Shown piece by piece: positions 1-8,919 of a DNA stretch of 64,000 bases (position 1 is the first letter of the stretch; every line of letters starts with the position of its first letter). The notes beneath the pieces are model-generated. The model ran no database searches. It saw only the letters and a program-made list of their open reading frames with translations, and had not been told where the DNA came from. Made by a program: the position numbers and the translations under genes. The stretch comes from an uncultured Actinomycetota bacterium. GTDB taxonomy: Bacteria > Actinomycetota > Actinomycetes > S36-B12 > UBA10799. The stretch covers positions 887,722 through 951,721 of the forward strand of contig CAVYLN010000001.1 of assembly GCA_963769435.1 (NCBI GenBank), written 5' to 3'.

Positions 1-635
1 GACTACCACTCCGGGCCGTTGATCGAATCCGACCTGGCGGCCAGTCCTCTGGCCCAGTTCCGGGTCTGGCTCGACGAGGCGAACACGGCCGGGATCGAGG
101 AACCCAACGCCATGGCGATGGCCTCTGTGGACGATGCGGGTCAGCCGCACGTGCGCATCCTGCTGTGCAAGGAGGTCACGCCGGAGGGTTTCGTGTTCTT
201 CACGAACTACTCCTCCGACAAGGCCCGCCAGATCGAACAGAACCCACAGGTCGGCCTGTGCTTCCACTGGCAACCGATGCACCGGCAGGTCCGGGTGGCG
301 GGGGTCGCGATACGACTCCCGGTCGCTGAGTCCGACGCACTACTTCGCGAGCCGACCCCGCGACCGGCACAACTCGGAGCGTGGTCGTCGCCGCAATCAC
401 GGGTGATCCCGGACCGCGACTACCTGCGTGACCAGGCCGACTCGGCCGAACAGCGCTACCCGGGCGAAGTCCCGCGACCGGAGCACTGGGGTGGCTACCT
501 CGTGCGTTCCCACGACGGTCGAGTTCTGGCAGGGCCAGCCGTCACGACTGCACGACCGGCTGCGCTACACCCGCACGCGACGAGGGGACCCTGGACGACC
601 CGGCGACGTGGCTGGTCGAACGGCTGGCACCGTGA
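1..635 (+). pseudogene. pdxH: pyridoxamine 5'-phosphate oxidase PdxH, 5'-partial at window edge, reading frame disrupted by about four 1-nt indels
   Basis: Frame 1 from nt 1 gives the PdxH N-terminal half (SPLAQFRVWLDEA, GQPHVRILLCKEV, FVFFTNYSSDKARQIEQNP, CFHWQPMHRQVRV). The conserved YFASRPRD (about 340-365), [18 protein letters not shown] (about 512-585) and C-terminal [11 protein letters not shown] (stop 633-635) lie in other frames. Confidence 0.75.
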
Positions 636-639
636 GGCG

Positions 640-855
640 TCACCCCTCGATGTAGTTCATCAACGCGGCGGTGACCACGTCATCGAGCCGTTCACCCCGG
701 GCTCTGGCCACCTGCTTGGCGGATTTTGCGACCGCCTTGGGGATCTTCACCTCCAGGGTCGTCCGCTTCTTCTTCTTCGACTGCGCGACCAGCGTGTCCG
801 AGGTCCGGCCCCCGATCCCGAGCACCGGCCGCAACTCCGGTCGGGGCGCTGGCAA
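640..855 (-). CDS. small ribbon-helix-helix (CopG/ParG-like) DNA-binding protein downstream of ParA-like ATPase
   Basis: 71-aa ORF with a TTG start. A basic KKKKR tract is followed by a strand-helix-helix pattern ([37 protein letters not shown]). Same strand, 88 nt after the ParA-like gene. Confidence 0.5.
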   Translation of the reverse strand: MPAPRPELRPVLGIGGRTSDTLVAQSKKKKRTTLEVKIPKAVAKSAKQVARARGERLDDVVTAALMNYIEG

Positions 856-943
856 GGTCGGGGGAACGACACCGGTGGCGACGCCACCGGATGTACGTCG
901 GCGTCCGGCGCCTTGCGTAGCGCAGGTCGCGGTGGTGGGTTGA

Positions 944-1750
944 TCATCGTCCCTCCCGGGCAGCTAACTCCTCGGCGATGGCACGGCCACTGACGTCCGC
1001 GACACGACCCAGCAGGTCTTCGAAAGCCCTGGCCGCCGAGCGGGCACCGCTCGACTTCCAGGAGTGGATAGGCACCCCGGCGCCCTGCGCCTGTTGGATG
1101 GCGGTCCGCTCGGGGATCGGCTCGGTGACCTTGACCCCGAAGACCGACCGCAACTCTTCGAGCCGGTACCGATGTTCCGAAAGCGCGGCCCGCGTGCGGT
1201 TCGGCACGATCGCGACGACCGAGAGCTTCCGGTTGCCCTCTCGCCGGGCCACCGCCACCGCCTCGACCGCCTGCTCGGCACCCTGGACCGCGAAGTAGGA
1301 CGGCTCCGTGACCACGACCGCCTGCGTCGCGGTGAACAGCGCGTTGCGGGTCAGCTCGCCCAGTGACGGGGGGCAGTCGAGCAGGATGAGGTCGTAGCGT
1401 GTGGCGACACCCTGCAGCGCCCGTTGCAGCCTGCGCACGGGGTCGTTGCCCGACGGCACCGCGCGATGTTCCAGGGCACGTTCGGCCGGAATCGCATCGA
1501 CCTGCGGCCCCCATCCCGTCAGCGTGATCGCGTCGAGCGCGACCCCGGGCCGGCCGTCATAGAGGACATCGGATGTGGTGTAGCCGATGGCGCCCAGATC
1601 CAGGCCGGCGGTGGCGTTGGCCTGCGGATCGAGATCGACGACCAGCACCCGTCGCTGCTCCTGCCGGGCGGCGCTGGCCAGGCCGAGGGTCACCGTCGTC
1701 TTGCCGACCCCGCCCTTCAGGCTGAGCACCGCGACGATTGGGGCGTCCAT
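944..1750 (-). CDS. orphan ParA/Soj/MinD-family ATPase
   Basis: 268 aa, ATG at 1750. Deviant Walker A SLKGGVGKTT, plus VVDLDPQANAT and ILLDCPPSLG motifs. No parB or replication gene nearby. Confidence 0.85.
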   Translation of the reverse strand: MDAPIVAVLSLKGGVGKTTVTLGLASAARQEQRRVLVVDLDPQANATAGLDLGAIGYTTSDVLYDGRPGVALDAITLTGWGPQVDAIPAERALEHRAVPSGNDPVRRLQRALQGVATRYDLILLDCPPSLGELTRNALFTATQAVVVTEPSYFAVQGAEQAVEAVAVARREGNRKLSVVAIVPNRTRAALSEHRYRLEELRSVFGVKVTEPIPERTAIQQAQGAGVPIHSWKSSGARSAARAFEDLLGRVADVSGRAIAEELAAREGR

Positions 1751-1968
1751 CTGGACATTCTGTCACTGATCAGGCACTTCCCGGGCCGCCTCGCCGTGCG
1801 AAGCGGGTCCCGTCGGCCCCGACAACGACGGCGGGCCACCCGCAGACGCTGTCGTTCGACCGGACGTCGCGATGGACGACCGGCACTCCAACGTCACGCC
1901 GGGCGTACGCTGGTGAGGTGGGGTTCAAACGGGGGTTGAGACAGGCTCCTCGCCGGCTCAAGGCACGT

Positions 1969-3198
1969 ATGGCGAGCGTCGATAACACCCATATGGAGCA
2001 ACGGACGCGGCTGGTGCTTGTGCTACCCGCCGCGATCCTCTTGTGGGGGGCGACCTCGGCGGTAGCCGTCGCGCAGCAGATCGATGTCCCCGCCGGCGCG
2101 AGCACGGCCAAGATCCAGAAGGCGCTCAACAAGTCCGGCCCGTCCGACACGGTGCGACTGGCAGCCGGCACGTTCAGCCTGACCAAGCCACTCAAAGTGC
2201 CCGCGGGGGTGAATCTGCGGGGCGCAGGCGTGAAACGCACCACGCTGCGCCTTCACCGTCCGGCGGTCGAGCGGTTCTCCTACAACTTCATGGTGCGACC
2301 GAAGGGGAAGGCTCGCGGCGCCCGGGTTGCCGACCTGACCGTCGACGGCAATCGTCCCGCCTCCGGGGTACTGCCGGTGAACACCGGCGGTGGAGTGAAA
2401 GCCGGCGACGGCTGGACGATCGAGAACATCCGGTTCGTCGACATCAACTACTTCAAACTCTGGATCTACAAGGTCTCGGATGTGACGGCCCGCAACAACG
2501 TGTTCGCCACCGGCAGCGGGTCGTCGGGCCGCAACGACAACATCGGTGGGGGCCGCTCGGAGAACATCCTGATAGCCGGCAACACCTTCGCCGCCGACGC
2601 CGTGGGCAACGCGCTGGACATCATCCGGTCCAGCGGTGTGGTGTTCACCGGAAACACTGTGAAGGCGTCGCCGACCGCCACCCGCAGCGTGGTGATGGAA
2701 GGTGTAGTCGATTCCGAAGTCTCCGACAACGTCATCATCAACGGCTCGATCACCGCGCAGACGGACCGGGAGTACGGCGGCAAGGAGCCCCTGACGAATC
2801 CACGGTCGATCAGGATCACCGGCAACCGGGTGTCGGGTGCACCGGCGGCCGGTATCGCCGTCGTCTACGACACCGTACGGCGCGGCTACACCCCGGGAGG
2901 TGACGTACTGATCAGCGGCAACCTTGTCAGTGACACCGGGCGCAGCGGCATCGCCGTGCTGCACTGTTCCGACGTTGCGGATGCGCCCGACCGGATCGTC
3001 GGCAACCGGATCGAGAACCCGTTCGCCGCATCCAGGGCGGACTGGGGAACCGGGTGTGGGACCGTCGGATCGTCTGCCATCTCAGTCATCGGCGGACGGA
3101 GCACGACCGTCGCGGACAACATCATCGTCGAAACGACGCAACGATACCCCTGGCCGCGGGGGTCTGGATGGGGTCGCAGACCGCCCGCGTTTCGTTGA
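1969..3198 (+). CDS. secreted right-handed parallel beta-helix repeat protein (pectate-lyase/NosD-like fold)
   Basis: Signal-peptide-like N-terminus (MEQRTRLVLVLPAAILLWGATSAVAVA). Repeated beta-helix turns NILIAGNTF, VVFTGNTV, SDNVIINGS, IRITGNRV, VLISGNLV, IVGNRIEN, VADNIIV. Start is 1969 or 1993. The last 15 aa look atypical. Confidence 0.7.
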   Translation: MASVDNTHMEQRTRLVLVLPAAILLWGATSAVAVAQQIDVPAGASTAKIQKALNKSGPSDTVRLAAGTFSLTKPLKVPAGVNLRGAGVKRTTLRLHRPAVERFSYNFMVRPKGKARGARVADLTVDGNRPASGVLPVNTGGGVKAGDGWTIENIRFVDINYFKLWIYKVSDVTARNNVFATGSGSSGRNDNIGGGRSENILIAGNTFAADAVGNALDIIRSSGVVFTGNTVKASPTATRSVVMEGVVDSEVSDNVIINGSITAQTDREYGGKEPLTNPRSIRITGNRVSGAPAAGIAVVYDTVRRGYTPGGDVLISGNLVSDTGRSGIAVLHCSDVADAPDRIVGNRIENPFAASRADWGTGCGTVGSSAISVIGGRSTTVADNIIVETTQRYPWPRGSGWGRRPPAFR

Positions 3199-3315
3199 CG
3201 GATCCCCGGGTGGGCGCGAACTCGGTCAGTGGGTCGGTTCTGACACACACGGCCATCGTCGAGTAGAGCAGGGCCCAACAGCCACTGCTGGCCGTGCCAC
3301 CGGGGTCCTCTCGCC

Positions 3316-4553
3316 CTAACGAGCAGGCAGTTCCTGGAACCTGGTGAGCGCCTCGTCCCGCTCGATCCGGTGGTCGACGATCGGCGCCGGATAATCCGGG
3401 GCGAGCACCCCCGGTTCGTGCGGATCCGGCACGTCGGCGAGTTCGGGGACGTACCGACGGATATAGGCCCCGTCCGGATCGAAGCGGCGACCCTGGGTGA
3501 CCGGGTTGAAGATGCGGAAGTAGGGGGCGGCGTCGGTGCCACACCCTGCCACCCATTGCCAGCCGAGCTGGTTGTTGGCGACGTCCGCGTCGACCAGATG
3601 CTCCAAGAACCACCTTGCACCCAGTTGCCACGGCAGATGCAGGTCCTTGATCAAGAAGCTTGCGGTCACCATGCGTAGTCGGTTGTGCATCCAACCCTCG
3701 GCCAGCAGTTGACGCATTCCGGCGTCCACGAACGGATAACCCGTCCTGCCCTGCGTCCACGCCTCGTAGGCGGCAGCCGCGTCGGGCTCGTCGATGTTCG
3801 CGTACCGCATGTCGGTGTCGAAGCGTTCGTCCAGGCTCGCCCAGACGCGCCTGCGGTCGGTGCCACAGCACGTCGGCGCAGAACTCCCGCCAGGCGAGTT
3901 GCCGAGCGAACGGGTCGGTTGTGACATCGGGGATCTCAGCGAGGACGGTCCGCGGGTGGATCTGCCCGAAGTGCAGGGCGGCCGACAAGCGGCTCGTGCC
4001 GGAGACGGCCGGGAAGTCCCGGGCGCCGCGGTAGTCGGGCAGCGCCCCCTCCCGGAACGCCCGCCAGCGTGCCAGAGCCGCAGATGCCTCAGCCGGCGAA
4101 GTCGGCGCGCCCCACCCCCGGGACAGCCATGCCTTGTAGAACGGGGTGAACACCCGGTACCCGTGACCCGCGGCGTTGCGCAACTCACCCGGAGGCACCG
4201 CGTACGGCGAGTCGACCTCACGCAGAGTAACCCCGCGTTGCGCAAGGGCACGCGCCACGCGGGCGTCCCGACGCCTGGCCAGCGGTGTCGTGTCCCCGGT
4301 GCAGAAGACCTGGTCGCGCGCCGTGTGTCTCGGCCAGGTCTGCCAGGACGTCCGCCGGATCCCCGGTGTGAATCTCCACCCGCCGGGATCTCGCAAGCTC
4401 CTCGAGCGCGTCGTCGAGGTAACGCGCCCGGACGGCTCCGACCCGCAACGCGGGGTCGCGCACGAACACGCCCACGGCATCGCTTCCCGCAGCTTCCAAC
4501 GCCGGGTTGTCGCCCACCCGGAGATCCCGGCGGAACCAGTGGATGGCGGGCAT
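3316..4553 (-). pseudogene. phr: deoxyribodipyrimidine photolyase, frame disrupted (at least 2 indels)
   Basis: Three conserved parts lie in three different frames, with shifts near 4310 and 3850. They are the N-terminus MPAIHWFRRDLRVGDNPAL (ATG 4553), the middle FCTGDTTPL..SRLSAALHFGQIHPR..WREFCADVLWH, and the C-terminal TGYPFVDAGMRQLLAEGWMHNRLRMVTASFL..NQLGWQWVAGCGTDAAPYFRIFNP. Stop at 3316. Confidence 0.8.
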
Positions 4554-5245
4554 CAGACGGATTCGACGCTGATGTGCTCGGCCACCCCCAGCGAGACCTC
4601 CACGTACTCCCCGCCGCTACCCATCATCAACCCTCCGGCGGCGCGGGTGACCTGGACCGTGGAGCCTGGCACAGCGCCGGCCCGTCGCAGCGAGGCCATC
4701 ACGTCGTGCTCGGTCTGCAGGGGCTCGTCAATCCTGCGAATGAGCACCCTCATCCCGGATGTCGACACACGCGACGCGACCTCGGCCAGGGACCGGGTCC
4801 GGTCGCCGCCGACGGGCACCTCGCCGCCGAGCGCGGCCAGCCCCGGGATCGGGTTGCCGTACGGGGAGTTGGTGGGGCGGTCCAGCATCTCCCAGATCCG
4901 CCGCTCCACCGCCTCGCTCATCACATGCTCCCAGCGGCACGCCTCGGGGTGCACGTCCTCCCAGGGCAGACCGATCACATCGACCAGCAGGCACTCGGCC
5001 AGGCGGTGTTTGCGCATGACCGAGGCCGCGTAGGCACGCCCGGCCGCGGTGAGCTCCAGGTGGCGGTCACCGGTCACCACCACCAGCCCGTCGCGCTCCA
5101 TCCTGGCGACGGTTTGCGAGACCGTGGGTCCCGACTGACCGAGTCGTTCCGCGATCCTCGCGCGCAGGGGCACAGTGCCCTCTTCCTCGAGTTCGAAGAT
5201 CGTGCGCAGGTACATCTCGGTGGTATCGATCAGTTCGCCGCTCAC
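4553..5245 (-). CDS. DtxR/IdeR-family metal-dependent transcriptional regulator
   Basis: Motifs DTTEMYLRTIFELEEEG, RMERDGLV, HRLAECLL and PWEDVHPEACRWEHV, plus an SH3-like C-terminal domain. The product is 230 aa if GTG 5245 is used (AGGA upstream); the ORF stays open to ATG 5290. Its stop overlaps the photolyase ATG (ATGA at 4551-4555). Confidence 0.85.
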   Translation of the reverse strand: MSGELIDTTEMYLRTIFELEEEGTVPLRARIAERLGQSGPTVSQTVARMERDGLVVVTGDRHLELTAAGRAYAASVMRKHRLAECLLVDVIGLPWEDVHPEACRWEHVMSEAVERRIWEMLDRPTNSPYGNPIPGLAALGGEVPVGGDRTRSLAEVASRVSTSGMRVLIRRIDEPLQTEHDVMASLRRAGAVPGSTVQVTRAAGGLMMGSGGEYVEVSLGVAEHISVESV

Positions 5246-5308
5246 CAGGACATTGTGTCCTAGGTGGGCTCCTGCGCAAATCAGGCCCATACGACCCGCG
5301 TTGCTCGT

Positions 5309-5415
5309 AAGGCGGAATTAGAGCACATTCGTGGAGCGAAACCAAGCACATACGGACGGTTTCGCCACCCGGTGGCGATCCCCATGCCGAATCCGCTAGC
5401 GTGACGTATCCGCAA
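5309..5415 (+). promoter_or_regulatory. candidate c-di-AMP riboswitch (ydaO-yuaA class) in the 5' leader of the NlpC/P60 gene
   Basis: P1-like pairing of GGCGGA (5311-5316) with TCCGC (5409-5413). The blocks AATTAGAGC, GGTGGCGATCC and CCGAATCCGCTAGCGTGACGTA resemble the conserved ydaO blocks AAUC..GAGC, GGGUGAAUCC and CCGAAUCCGACAGCUAACCUCGUA. It ends 76 nt upstream of ATG 5491. Not checked with a covariance model. Confidence 0.5.
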
Positions 5416-5490
5416 CGTGAAATTACAGGCGTGTCGCTTGACTTTGGGGAAAGAAGTGTCAGTGCAAGGAATGAGTTCGGGAGGGTCACG

Positions 5491-6555
5491 ATGAGGCGTA
5501 TTGCGATCATAGGCGTCGCGATTGCCGCACTGCTCGCCCCCGTCGCTCCTGCGACGGCCGACAGCCGTCCGATCCTGACCAGCGGGATGCAACATGCGGC
5601 GGTCAAGCGGGTCCAGAAGGCACTGGGGGTGAGCCCCCGGTCCGGGTACTTCGGGCCGCTCACGCTGAAGGCCGTGAAGCGGTACCAGCGCGAACACGCC
5701 ATTCCCAGCACGGGGGTGGTCGGACCACTGACTTGGGCGTCGCTGGATGCCAACGCGACCACCACCAAGCCCACCACCAAGCCCACCAAGCCCACCAAGA
5801 AGGCGACCAAGAAGGCGCAGAAGAAGGCGGCACGCAAGGCTGCGAAGAAGGCCGCCAAGGCGAAGGCGCGCAAGAAGGCTGCACGCAAGGCCGCGAAGAA
5901 GGCCGCCCGAGCCAACGGGCTGACCGCCATGACCCTCAAGATCGGGGATCGCGGGGCCGCTGTGTTGTTCCTGCAGAAGGAACTCGGGGTCCAGCCCCAG
6001 AGCGGCTACTTCGGCCCGATCACCCAGTCCTTCGTCATGGCACTGCAGACCGCTGCCGGTCTCCCCGCGACCGGAATCGTCGATGCGAAGACCTGGCGCA
6101 AGGTCGGCAAGGTCTCGTTCTCACCGCCGGCCGCCCCGGCCCCGGCCCCGGCCCCCGCGACCACAACACTGCCGGCGCCGAGTTCGGCGACCGCAGCGAA
6201 GGTCCTGAAGGTGGCCGCCTCACAGGCGGGCGTGCCGTACGTGGCGACCGGCTACTCACCGGAGCAGGGCTTCAACTGCAGCAGTTACACCCAGTGGGTC
6301 TACGAACAGGTCGGGATCGACCTCGGCGGGGCCTACACCGTGTGGCAGTACGACAAGTCCCGGAAGATCTCGGCGGCAGAGGCCAAACCCGGTGACCTGG
6401 TCTTCTTCTACAACTACAAGGACAACTTCATCGGACACGTCGGGATCTACGCCGGCAACTCCATGATGTGGCACGCGCCCCGTACCGGACGTGTGGTCAG
6501 CCTGGAAAAGGTCTACACGGACAAGGTGTACTACGGCCGTGTGCTGAACCAGTAG
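5491..6555 (+). CDS. secreted NlpC/P60 peptidoglycan endopeptidase with two PG-binding domains and a Lys/Ala-rich linker
   Basis: GGGAGG RBS before ATG 5491 and signal peptide MRRIAIIGVAIAALLAPVAPATA. Two PG_binding_1-like repeats (GYFGPLTLKAVKRYQ, GYFGPITQSFVMALQ). C-terminal NlpC/P60 domain (FNCSSYTQWVY, GHVGIYAG, WHAP). Confidence 0.9.
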   Translation: MRRIAIIGVAIAALLAPVAPATADSRPILTSGMQHAAVKRVQKALGVSPRSGYFGPLTLKAVKRYQREHAIPSTGVVGPLTWASLDANATTTKPTTKPTKPTKKATKKAQKKAARKAAKKAAKAKARKKAARKAAKKAARANGLTAMTLKIGDRGAAVLFLQKELGVQPQSGYFGPITQSFVMALQTAAGLPATGIVDAKTWRKVGKVSFSPPAAPAPAPAPATTTLPAPSSATAAKVLKVAASQAGVPYVATGYSPEQGFNCSSYTQWVYEQVGIDLGGAYTVWQYDKSRKISAAEAKPGDLVFFYNYKDNFIGHVGIYAGNSMMWHAPRTGRVVSLEKVYTDKVYYGRVLNQ

Positions 6556-6570
6556 GTAGATTCGGGGACC

Positions 6571-7353
6571 ATGACCGTCCCCACTTCACCCGATGCCCTG
6601 TCTGTCTTCGCACCCGGTTGCATGTCCGGGCGTAACGCCCTGGTCACCGGTGGCGGATCCGGCATCGGCCGCGCCACCGCACACCTGCTCGCCGATCTCG
6701 GTGCCCGGGTGACGGTGGTGGGTCGCAGGCCCGAACCACTGGCCGAGACCGTGGCGCACGATCCCGAGCGGATCACCGCCGCCACCGCCGACCTACGTGA
6801 ACCCGATCAGGTGGACGCGATGCTGGAGACCGTCGGGAACTGCGACTTCCTGCTCAACAACGCTGGTGGCCAATTCGTCGCGCAGGCGCAGGACATCACG
6901 TACAACGGTTTCCGGGCCGTGACCCGCCTCAACCTGGACGCACCCTGGTACCTGACGACCCAGGTCGCCAACCGATTCTTCATCCCGGCCGGGTACGGCA
7001 AGGTCGTCTCGATAACGATGACACCGCATCGCGGCATGCCGCTGATGGCGCATTCCTCCGCGGCCCGCGCCGGAGTCGAATCCCTGACCCGCAACTGGGC
7101 GGCGGAGTGGGGAAGGTTCGGGATCCGTGCGGTCGCACTGGCGCCGGGGATCGTCCACACCGAGGCCTGGCAGCGGTACGGGTTGTCCCCCGAGCAGGTC
7201 GGTGCGGGGCTGCCGGCGGGTCGCCTGCAGACCGCTGACGAGGTCGCAGCCATGGTGACATTCCTCTTCTCCCCTGCCGGGGACTACATCACCGGCGCGA
7301 CCTTCACATGCGATGGCGGGTTCGACATCGCCGGGCCCACCCTGGCGGGATGA
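6571..7353 (+). CDS. short-chain dehydrogenase/reductase (SDR) family oxidoreductase
   Basis: 260 aa. Cofactor motif TGGGSGIGRA, NNAG, and a typical SDR length. ATG 6571 is preceded by GGGGA. Confidence 0.9.
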   Translation: MTVPTSPDALSVFAPGCMSGRNALVTGGGSGIGRATAHLLADLGARVTVVGRRPEPLAETVAHDPERITAATADLREPDQVDAMLETVGNCDFLLNNAGGQFVAQAQDITYNGFRAVTRLNLDAPWYLTTQVANRFFIPAGYGKVVSITMTPHRGMPLMAHSSAARAGVESLTRNWAAEWGRFGIRAVALAPGIVHTEAWQRYGLSPEQVGAGLPAGRLQTADEVAAMVTFLFSPAGDYITGATFTCDGGFDIAGPTLAG

Positions 7354-7420
7354 AACGGGAGGCGTTGCATCGGACCGGCCACCGGCGTAGCCTCGGGAGC
7401 CATCTGCGAAGGAGGCGACC

Positions 7421-7948
7421 ATGCACAAGGGGCCCGTCGAGATCTCGGCGTTCCACCGCAAGGACCTGAGCCTCGCAGGTTTCCTGCTGCACGGCCGCTG
7501 GCCCGACTCCACCCTGGAGTGGTCCCAGGTCCTCACGCTCGCCGTGCGGATCGCCGCGGTGCCCGGCATCCTGCACACGACCACCGTGTTCCGGGCCACG
7601 GACCAGAAACCGGCCGTCGGTGACACACACGCCGTGGGGGTGATGGCGAGTGCCGGGCCCGTGCTGGGTGACCACGCCCCCGGACCCGGTTCCCTGGCCG
7701 ACCCGAGGCCGTCCGCACTGTTCGTCCTGCACCCCCCGTCAGAGACCACGGCTTCGCTGCCCGAGGTCGACGCAGCGGCATCCGGGGTCGTCTGGCTGCC
7801 CGGACTGCCCCACCTCGGCCTCGAACATCGTGCCGCCTGGGTGGAGGCCGAGGCCGACGGGACGGTCACCCGACTGGTCAGCGCAGTCGACGTGGATCCC
7901 TGGCAGGACCCGGACCTGGCCGTCCTCGCCGTTCTGGTCGCCGCGTGA
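7421..7948 (+). CDS. hypothetical protein, translationally coupled to the downstream epimerase-like gene
   Basis: Strong GAAGGAGG RBS before ATG 7421 and high third-position GC. The stop overlaps the GTG of the next gene (GTGA at 7945-7948). No recognisable motif. Confidence 0.6.
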   Translation: MHKGPVEISAFHRKDLSLAGFLLHGRWPDSTLEWSQVLTLAVRIAAVPGILHTTTVFRATDQKPAVGDTHAVGVMASAGPVLGDHAPGPGSLADPRPSALFVLHPPSETTASLPEVDAAASGVVWLPGLPHLGLEHRAAWVEAEADGTVTRLVSAVDVDPWQDPDLAVLAVLVAA

Positions 7949-8850
7949 ACACCGCGATCGAGATCCGGCACGGCACCACGCGCGCCAGAATCCTGCCGGG
8001 GGTGGGCTTCTCCTGCGACAGCTTCGAGGTCGATGGATTCGACTACCTGCACCGCCCGCCGGACTGGCCCGGGACCCCGACGCACGGCGGGATCCCCGTC
8101 CTGTTCCCCTGGCCCAACCGGATCGCCCACGCGAGTTTCGACTGGGACGGCCGGGAGTACTTGCTGCCGGTCACCGAGCAGGCCACCGGCTCGAGTCTGC
8201 ACGGTTTCGCCTGCCATGCACCATGGACGGTGCTGGATGCTCAGCCCGACCGTGTCACCGGCGAGTTCGTGCTGTCCCGTGACGCACCCGACCTGTCACA
8301 CGCCTGGCCGGCGGATGCTGCGATCCGACTGACCTACCGGGTCGGCGACCGCCGACTCGACGCAGAAGCGACTGTCTACTCGGCGGATCGGCGGCCACTG
8401 CCCTTCGGGCTGGGCTTCCATCCCTATCTGCGAGTGCCCGGGCACTTCGACCACTGGACACTGCAGTGCGATGCCAACCTCGCGTGGCCACTGACCGACA
8501 TGGTGCCGACCGGCGAGGTGACGCCCGTGCCGCCGCGCATCGATTTCCGGCAGGCACGGCGGATCGGCGACGAGCATCTCGATGACGTGCTGACCGGTCT
8601 CCCTGCCGCCGACGCCATGACGCGGCGCGCCGAACTCGCCTCGCCGGGCTCGGTCATCCGGGTCTCGAGCGACCCGGCGTTCACCGACTACGTCGTCTTC
8701 ACGCCCACCTCACGCGATGCGGTGGCCATAGAGCCGTACACCTGCACGACCGACGCCGTGAATCTGACCGCCCGCGGCATCGAGGCCGGATGGCGGGTGC
8801 TGCCCGGCGACGAGCAGGCCCGCTTCGACTGGCGGCTCGAGGTGGGGTGA
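7945..8850 (+). CDS. aldose 1-epimerase (galactose mutarotase-like) family protein
   Basis: 301 aa with GIPVLFPWPNRI, SLHGF, GLGFHPYL and AIEPYT motifs typical of the mutarotase-like fold. Confidence 0.8.
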   Translation: MNTAIEIRHGTTRARILPGVGFSCDSFEVDGFDYLHRPPDWPGTPTHGGIPVLFPWPNRIAHASFDWDGREYLLPVTEQATGSSLHGFACHAPWTVLDAQPDRVTGEFVLSRDAPDLSHAWPADAAIRLTYRVGDRRLDAEATVYSADRRPLPFGLGFHPYLRVPGHFDHWTLQCDANLAWPLTDMVPTGEVTPVPPRIDFRQARRIGDEHLDDVLTGLPAADAMTRRAELASPGSVIRVSSDPAFTDYVVFTPTSRDAVAIEPYTCTTDAVNLTARGIEAGWRVLPGDEQARFDWRLEVG

Positions 8851-8919
8851 CCGGATGGCCGCCGACATGCCGTGGCCGCCCGGATTGCTACCGTTCAACC
8901 ACATAGTCTGAGGAGATCC

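Noticed and set aside
5246-5310. Classical IdeR/DtxR iron box (TTAGGTTAGGCTAACCTAA-like) in the regulator's own promoter region.
   Set aside because: No AT-rich 19-bp palindrome of that type is present. Only the GC-richer AGGACA-N3-TGTCCT element was seen, and it is reported separately at low confidence.
6793-8217. 474-aa minus-strand ORF across the SDR, hypothetical and epimerase genes.
   Set aside because: It is antisense to three well-supported plus-strand genes, has an Arg/Pro/Gly/Ser-rich low-complexity translation, and has no RBS or motif.
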